From Ignavibacteria bacterium (GTDB lineage Bacteria; Bacteroidota; Ignavibacteria; Kapaibacteriales; Kapaibacteriaceae), in NCBI GenBank assembly GCA_013204605.1, contig JABMNI010000029.1:3069-67068 (forward strand): a stretch of DNA of 64,000 nucleotides. The letters are read 5' to 3'. Shown here piece by piece: positions 59,184-64,000 of the stretch (positions within the stretch are counted from its first letter, which is position 1; each line of letters begins with the position of its first letter). A program made the translations under genes and the position numbers. The notes under the pieces are model-generated. The model saw nothing but the letters and a program-made list of their open reading frames with translations, did no database searches and was not told the DNA's origin.

Positions 59184-61730
59184 TTAACCAACAATAAAGT
59201 TGACAAGTTTACCAGGCACCACGATTACTTTCCGAACTTGTTGTTCGCCAATGTGCTTTATAACACTTGCGTCGGCACGTGCTTCACTTTCCATCTCTTC
59301 GTTTGTGGCCGTAGTTGACACCAAAACCTTGCCGCGAATTTTTGAGTTTACCTGAACTACAATCTCAACATTATCTAATGTAAGTTTTGCTTCGTCGTAA
59401 CTTGGAAACGCACTAACATGGATGGACTCCGTATAGCCCAATCTGTTCCATAACTCCGCTGTAATGTGTGGTGCAAATGGAGCCAAGCACTGCAAGAAGG
59501 CCTCAACGGCCAGGCGTGGACGCACTGCAGCAGTAGTAAATTCATTTACAAATATCATAAACTGCGCAACACTTGTGTTCAGGCTCAATGCCTCGATATC
59601 TTCGGCGGTTTTCTTGATTGTGTAGTGCAGAACTCTGTCTTGCTCGGGCGTGCACTCGATGTTTTGAAGCGCTGCAGAAACCTCTCCATCCTCACCTACT
59701 ACCAAGCGCCATACCCGGTCAAGAAATCGAGAGATGCCTTCAACACCGTTGGTGTTCCATGGCTTCGAGGCTTCCAACGGACCCATGAACATTTCATACA
59801 AACGCAATGCATCGGCACCAAACTCAGCAACCGCAATATCGGGGTTCACGGAATTTCCCAATGACTTACTCATCTTGCGTCCATCTGTCCCCAAAATCAA
59901 TCCCTGATGAAACAGTTTATGAAACGGTTCCGAACTTTTCACCAAACCATAATCAAACAATACTTTGTGCCAAAACCTCGCGTACAATAAATGCAACACC
60001 GCGTGTTCACCGCCGCCAACATAGAGGTCTACACCTTGCCTACCCATCCAGTACTCTTCTGCATTTTCAGAACAAAATATCTCATTATTGTGCGGATCGC
60101 AGTAGCGCAAATAATACCAACACGATCCAGCCCACTGCGGCATAGTGTTGGTTTCAAATCGCGCTTGCTTGCCTGTTTTTGTGTCAACAAAATTCACCCA
60201 ACTATCAACTGTTGCAAGAGGAGATTCGCCCGTGCCTGCGGGTTTGTACTCACTAACTTCAGGTAACACCAAAGGCAGCTCATCTTCATCCAAACAGCGT
60301 TTTGTGCCGTCTTCAAAAAACATTATTGGAATTGGCTCACCCCAATACCTCTGACGCGAAAAAAGCCAGTCACGCAACCGAAACTGAATCTTGCGGCTAC
60401 CAAGCCCCTTACCAGAAATCCAAGTAATAATATTTTCTTGAGCGTCCTTGGTACTCAAACCGTTCAACGAAATCTCAGAATTTTCCGAATTCACGCTAAC
60501 CCCATATTGCACTTGCGGCAAGGGGCTTTCTGGTTCGCTGCCTTCGTGCGTAACAACGCGAACAATTGGAAGCGAATATTCTGTGGCAAAATCAAAATCG
60601 CGGGCATCGTGTCCGGGCACAGCCATAATTGCACCGGTGCCGTAATGCGCCAACACGTAATCTGCAATCCACACCTGCACCTGCTCGCCGGTAGCGGGAT
60701 TCACGGCGTAACTGCCAATGAAAACTCCGGTTTTTTCCTTGTTCAATTCAGTGCGTTCCAAATCGCTCTTCAACGAAGCAGCCTGAATATATTCCTGCAC
60801 CGTGTGCTTGAATGCGTCGGTGGTAGTAAGCGTATCCACAAGCGGATGTTCGGGAGCAAGTACCATGTAGGTTGCACCAAACAACGTGTCGGGACGCGTG
60901 GTAAAAACTTCGATCGTGTTGGTTGAGTTAGGCAAGGCAAAGTGAATTACTGCGCCCTGACTTTTTCCAATCCAATGACGCTGCATATCTTTTGTGGAGC
61001 TAGGCCAATCTACTGTTTCAAGATCTGTTAACAGTCTATCTGCGTACGCCGTAATTCGCAACATCCACTGTCGCATCTGGCGTCGTTCAACTGTGTAGCC
61101 CTTCTCTTTCCACTCATCAACCTCCTCGTTTGCCAACACCGTACCAAGCGCTTCGCACCAATTCACCGGACTATGTGCTATGAAGGCTAAGCGATGTTGG
61201 TCCTTGTATGCTTCAATCTCAACCTCAGTTGTAAGCATACTTGGAATTGGCAATTCATGTATTGGACGTGCACGTTGTGCGGCATCATCGTACCATGAAT
61301 TGTAAATTTTCAGGAACATCCATTGCGTCCACTTGTAATATTCTGGCTTCGTGGTATTTACAACTCGCGTCCAATCATAATCAAACCCAAACATATTTAG
61401 TTGTCGCGTGTACGTTTCAACATTCTGCGCGGTGGCCACAGCCGGATGAATCCCTGTAGTCATACTATAACGCTCAGTGGGCAAACCAAACGCATCGAAT
61501 CCCATTGGATGCAAAACGTTGAAACCCGACATCCGCTTAAAACGGCTTACAATGTCGGTTGCGGTGTAACCTTCCGGGTGACCCATGTGCAGCCCAGCGC
61601 CCGACGGATACGGAAACATGTCAAGAACGTAATACTTTGGTTTTGTCGAATTAGGGTCGACCTTATACAGTCCCTGCTCGGCCCAGCGCTCCTGCCAGCG
61701 CCTCTCGACTGTTTCAAATGGATAGTGCAT
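59184..61730 (-). CDS. leuS: Leucine--tRNA ligase
   Basis: MFPYPSGAGLHMGH, FSRQRYWGEPIP, KMSKS. Confidence 0.97.
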   Translation of the reverse strand: MHYPFETVERRWQERWAEQGLYKVDPNSTKPKYYVLDMFPYPSGAGLHMGHPEGYTATDIVSRFKRMSGFNVLHPMGFDAFGLPTERYSMTTGIHPAVATAQNVETYTRQLNMFGFDYDWTRVVNTTKPEYYKWTQWMFLKIYNSWYDDAAQRARPIHELPIPSMLTTEVEIEAYKDQHRLAFIAHSPVNWCEALGTVLANEEVDEWKEKGYTVERRQMRQWMLRITAYADRLLTDLETVDWPSSTKDMQRHWIGKSQGAVIHFALPNSTNTIEVFTTRPDTLFGATYMVLAPEHPLVDTLTTTDAFKHTVQEYIQAASLKSDLERTELNKEKTGVFIGSYAVNPATGEQVQVWIADYVLAHYGTGAIMAVPGHDARDFDFATEYSLPIVRVVTHEGSEPESPLPQVQYGVSVNSENSEISLNGLSTKDAQENIITWISGKGLGSRKIQFRLRDWLFSRQRYWGEPIPIMFFEDGTKRCLDEDELPLVLPEVSEYKPAGTGESPLATVDSWVNFVDTKTGKQARFETNTMPQWAGSCWYYLRYCDPHNNEIFCSENAEEYWMGRQGVDLYVGGGEHAVLHLLYARFWHKVLFDYGLVKSSEPFHKLFHQGLILGTDGRKMSKSLGNSVNPDIAVAEFGADALRLYEMFMGPLEASKPWNTNGVEGISRFLDRVWRLVVGEDGEVSAALQNIECTPEQDRVLHYTIKKTAEDIEALSLNTSVAQFMIFVNEFTTAAVRPRLAVEAFLQCLAPFAPHITAELWNRLGYTESIHVSAFPSYDEAKLTLDNVEIVVQVNSKIRGKVLVSTTATNEEMESEARADASVIKHIGEQQVRKVIVVPGKLVNFIVG

Positions 61731-61734
61731 CGTG

Positions 61735-61742
61735 CAAAGATA
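61735..61742 (-). promoter_or_regulatory. Bacteroidota-type -7 box immediately upstream of leuS
   Basis: TATCTTTG on the minus strand, 4 nt before the ATG. Confidence 0.4.
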
Positions 61743-61832
61743 ACGGGAAGCCCCCTTATCATCAGGAGTTACTAACTTCGTTCGTTAACAATATCAAGCA
61801 AACACTTCAAGAATAGAATTCAACCAAAACTC

Positions 61833-62471
61833 ATGATGAAAAAAGCATTAGTATTTTTCCTAGCACTTGCTGTGTTGACATCGGTTTGTCAAAGCCAAAC
61901 ACAAGCGGAGGCGGAAGTCAGATCTGCATTCGAACGGTACAAAGATGCCATCCTGCACGATAGAGGCGAAGAAGCCGCGGGCTACCTCGATAAAACAACG
62001 CTGGAATATTATGGCGCCATACTCAACAAGGTGAAAACCGCCGATTCATCCGAAGTTGAGAAAATGGCGTTGATGGACAAAATTGTTGTCTTCGCAATAC
62101 GCCACATTGCAACCCCCAAAGAAATACTTTCTTTCGATGCCAGGGGGCTTGTTGTTTTTGCAATTAGCAAGGGTCTGGTGGGAAAGAATAGCATGGTGTT
62201 TGTAACGCTTGGAGATGTAGTTGTTGACGGAAACTCAGCTAGGGTCCAAACAATTTCTCGCGGTAAAGTTTCAACTCTTTACTTGCAACTCAACAAAGAA
62301 GACGGAATTTGGAAGGTCGATATAACCACATTATTCGCCGCAGCCAATGTGGCGTTTAGAACATTGGTCGATACCAGTGGTCGCGAGGAAAACGAATTTT
62401 TGTTTAGCCTGCTGGAGATGATGACGCAAGTGAAGCCGAGTGCGGCGATATGGAATACAATTAGCAATTAG
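61833..62471 (+). CDS. Hypothetical secreted protein (NTF2/DUF4878-like C-terminal strands)
   Basis: Signal peptide, helical N-half, VDGNSARV...L.LNKEDGIWKVD. Confidence 0.65.
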   Translation: MMKKALVFFLALAVLTSVCQSQTQAEAEVRSAFERYKDAILHDRGEEAAGYLDKTTLEYYGAILNKVKTADSSEVEKMALMDKIVVFAIRHIATPKEILSFDARGLVVFAISKGLVGKNSMVFVTLGDVVVDGNSARVQTISRGKVSTLYLQLNKEDGIWKVDITTLFAAANVAFRTLVDTSGREENEFLFSLLEMMTQVKPSAAIWNTISN

Positions 62472-62486
62472 CAATTAGTAATTAGC
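62459..62486. repeat. Heptamer tandem repeat AATTAGY x4
   Basis: AATTAGC AATTAGC AATTAGT AATTAGC spanning the stop codon. A further AATTAGCAGTC at 62518 duplicates 62480. Confidence 0.8.
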
Positions 62487-62570
62487 AGTCCCGAGCACGA
62501 CGAGGGACGAACTAGACAATTAGCAGTCTCGGCCGCGAAACGCTTTGTGTGACTCTGGGTGCGAAAGAGA

Positions 62571-63650
62571 TCATAAAAATCCTGAATACCAATTCTTTAG
62601 CACTACTGCAGCTGGTTTGTTTCGTACGGTATAATTCGTAGACCAATTCGAACTTTCCACGCTTTCCCAGTTCCACCAGAAAATTCCTTTGCACCAAGAT
62701 TGCGAACCGAAAGAGTTGATGATAGCGTTGTAGTATATCGTTTGAACATTGTCATCTCGAATTGCGCCTGGTTCGCCCCCTCGCGAAAAATTCCACGGAC
62801 TGAGTAGCGCACCCTGAATGGATTGAATACCAGTCTCGGTGATAACTACGTTGCGATTGTACCGAGTTGAAATTGTGTGCACAGAGTTGAGCTCCGGCTG
62901 CAAGCGTGAAGTAGCGGTTGCAATACTCGGAGTTTCACTACTCGTTAATGCAACCGGATAATATGCGTCAACACCAATGAAATCGAGCGCGTCCCAGAAT
63001 CGTATCTGTTCAAATTCAGGCACGCCGGAATTCACATCAGCTATTCCGTCCCAGTTGGCGCAGTATATGAGTTTGCCAGAATACGCTGAGCGAACGGAGG
63101 CGATCAATCTGCGCCATGAACTTTCGAATTGTGGTTGGGTGGCAGTAATCAGTTCGCCCCCTACGCTGAACATTTCAACGCCGTTTGCTGATGCGATAGA
63201 AGCGTAATGTAAAATTGTGGAGGTATACGAAGCGAACCAAAGTTCTGCATTGTCTGGCGTGATGTACGCGCGCCAACGTCCGTCTTCAACATCCAAATTC
63301 ACTTTCAAAAAAACCTTCATCGAGTTTGCTCGCGCTTCAAAAATTGCAGAGCGGATGTCGTCATCACTTGAAGTTTTAAGCGTTGGATAAATCGAGGTCG
63401 ATAACTCGTTGTCCTGAAAAACGAAAACATTCAGTGCTACATAATCAGTCTGGGTCTGAGATTTCAATTCGTTGAGTGCTAGCCGACTAGCCCCTTGCTC
63501 AAATCCGTTTGATGTGAACGAAGTGTAGGAAAATCCCTTCATCTCTGGCACGCGTCTGGACGTAGGAGCAATGCTGCTTTCGCAAGAGTAAATTAGCAAC
63601 GAGCCTAATACAAATCCAATTGCTTTTAGGCAGATTCGATTCAGTAACAT
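62571..63650 (-). CDS. Glycoside hydrolase family 113-like lipoprotein (beta-mannanase/GTA TIM-barrel)
   Basis: Lipobox IYS-C from ATG 63650. MKGFSY, WF.SY...I..YA, GGEL (acid/base), YCANWD, FWDALDFIGVDAYYP, ITETG (nucleophile), GIFWWNW. Confidence 0.82.
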   Translation of the reverse strand: MLLNRICLKAIGFVLGSLLIYSCESSIAPTSRRVPEMKGFSYTSFTSNGFEQGASRLALNELKSQTQTDYVALNVFVFQDNELSTSIYPTLKTSSDDDIRSAIFEARANSMKVFLKVNLDVEDGRWRAYITPDNAELWFASYTSTILHYASIASANGVEMFSVGGELITATQPQFESSWRRLIASVRSAYSGKLIYCANWDGIADVNSGVPEFEQIRFWDALDFIGVDAYYPVALTSSETPSIATATSRLQPELNSVHTISTRYNRNVVITETGIQSIQGALLSPWNFSRGGEPGAIRDDNVQTIYYNAIINSFGSQSWCKGIFWWNWESVESSNWSTNYTVRNKPAAVVLKNWYSGFL

Positions 63651-63954
63651 TGGATTGCTGTAGTTTGTTGAACTGCTGCCATTTGTTGAATTGAAGTAAT
63701 TAAAGATTTCTGTTAAATAGTTGGCGACTGTCAGCAGACCCAAAATCGAACACAAGTTAACGCAGGATCACTCTTCTCCGGCACTGGTGCCTTACCCGGT
63801 GGATATTACCCGGTACCGGCTGCTTCCCCGACACAATAGGTTGGAGAAATCAATTGCACGCTGAATTTATCCGCTCCGTTTTAGGGGTTGGTTTTTGCGA
63901 TTGCTTAGTTTGCATGATTATCTCGACAGCAATTAGTCATAGAATCGACGCAAA

Positions 63955-64000
63955 ATGAAATACAACAGACTGGGTAGAACCGCACTTAAAGTTAGTAATC
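63955..64000 (+). CDS. Aldo/keto reductase, N-terminal fragment (truncated by the window edge)
   Basis: MKYNRLGRTALKVSN matches the typical AKR start M.YR.LG.TGL.VS. Confidence 0.7.
   Translation, partial: MKYNRLGRTALKVSN

Noticed and set aside
693-63207. Many short overlapping or antisense ORFs in the six-frame track (for example 914..1498, 4081..4524, 5750..6385, 11399..11863, 33598..34122, 60438..60926)
   Set aside because: They lie within or opposite well-supported genes and show no recognisable motifs or signal peptides; treated as shadow ORFs.
225-63496. Iterated motif as KOPS or a strongly polarised Chi site
   Set aside because: Orientation is 20:28 and interspersed with no switch point, much weaker than expected for KOPS; kept only as a secondary hypothesis.
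63774-63848. SRP RNA, tRNA or a known riboswitch
   Set aside because: GGAAGCAGCC occurs on the minus strand, but the CAGG-stem-GNRA hairpin of SRP is missing; there is no TTCRA T-loop and no riboswitch consensus that I recognise.

Overview
Gene-dense bacterial chromosomal window of roughly 45-46% GC (estimated by eye). It most likely comes from an FCB-group organism, Kapabacteria/Ignavibacteria/Chlorobi-like. This is inferred from several T9SS-type C-terminal domains, an ASH/choice-of-anchor-D giant protein, TAnnTTTG promoter boxes and the efp-accB-accC order. About 55 CDSs are present: housekeeping genes (plsC, gatC, kdsB, acs, hisS, ftsW, efp, accBC, gcvH, pyrC, fmt, miaE, leuS, addA-like), LPS/glycan enzymes, transporters and many secreted hypothetical proteins. 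There is one tRNA-Cys(GCA). I found no rRNA, CRISPR array, IS element, integrase or prophage. The strongest unexplained signal is a non-palindromic octamer, AGCCCCYT (mostly AAGCCCCYT). I counted it by hand 48 times on both strands and in several reading frames, against about 3 expected by chance; this density and distribution resemble DNA-uptake or HIP1-type sequences. Other leads are a tandem pair of secreted paralogues sharing an invariant GGLPDFTDDGLSW motif, an output-less CHASE2 sensor operon with NfeD/SPFH, a serine hydrolase split by one in-frame TAG, a 14-bp tandem array upstream of an ATPase-wHTH gene, and a repeat-flanked small basic gene.
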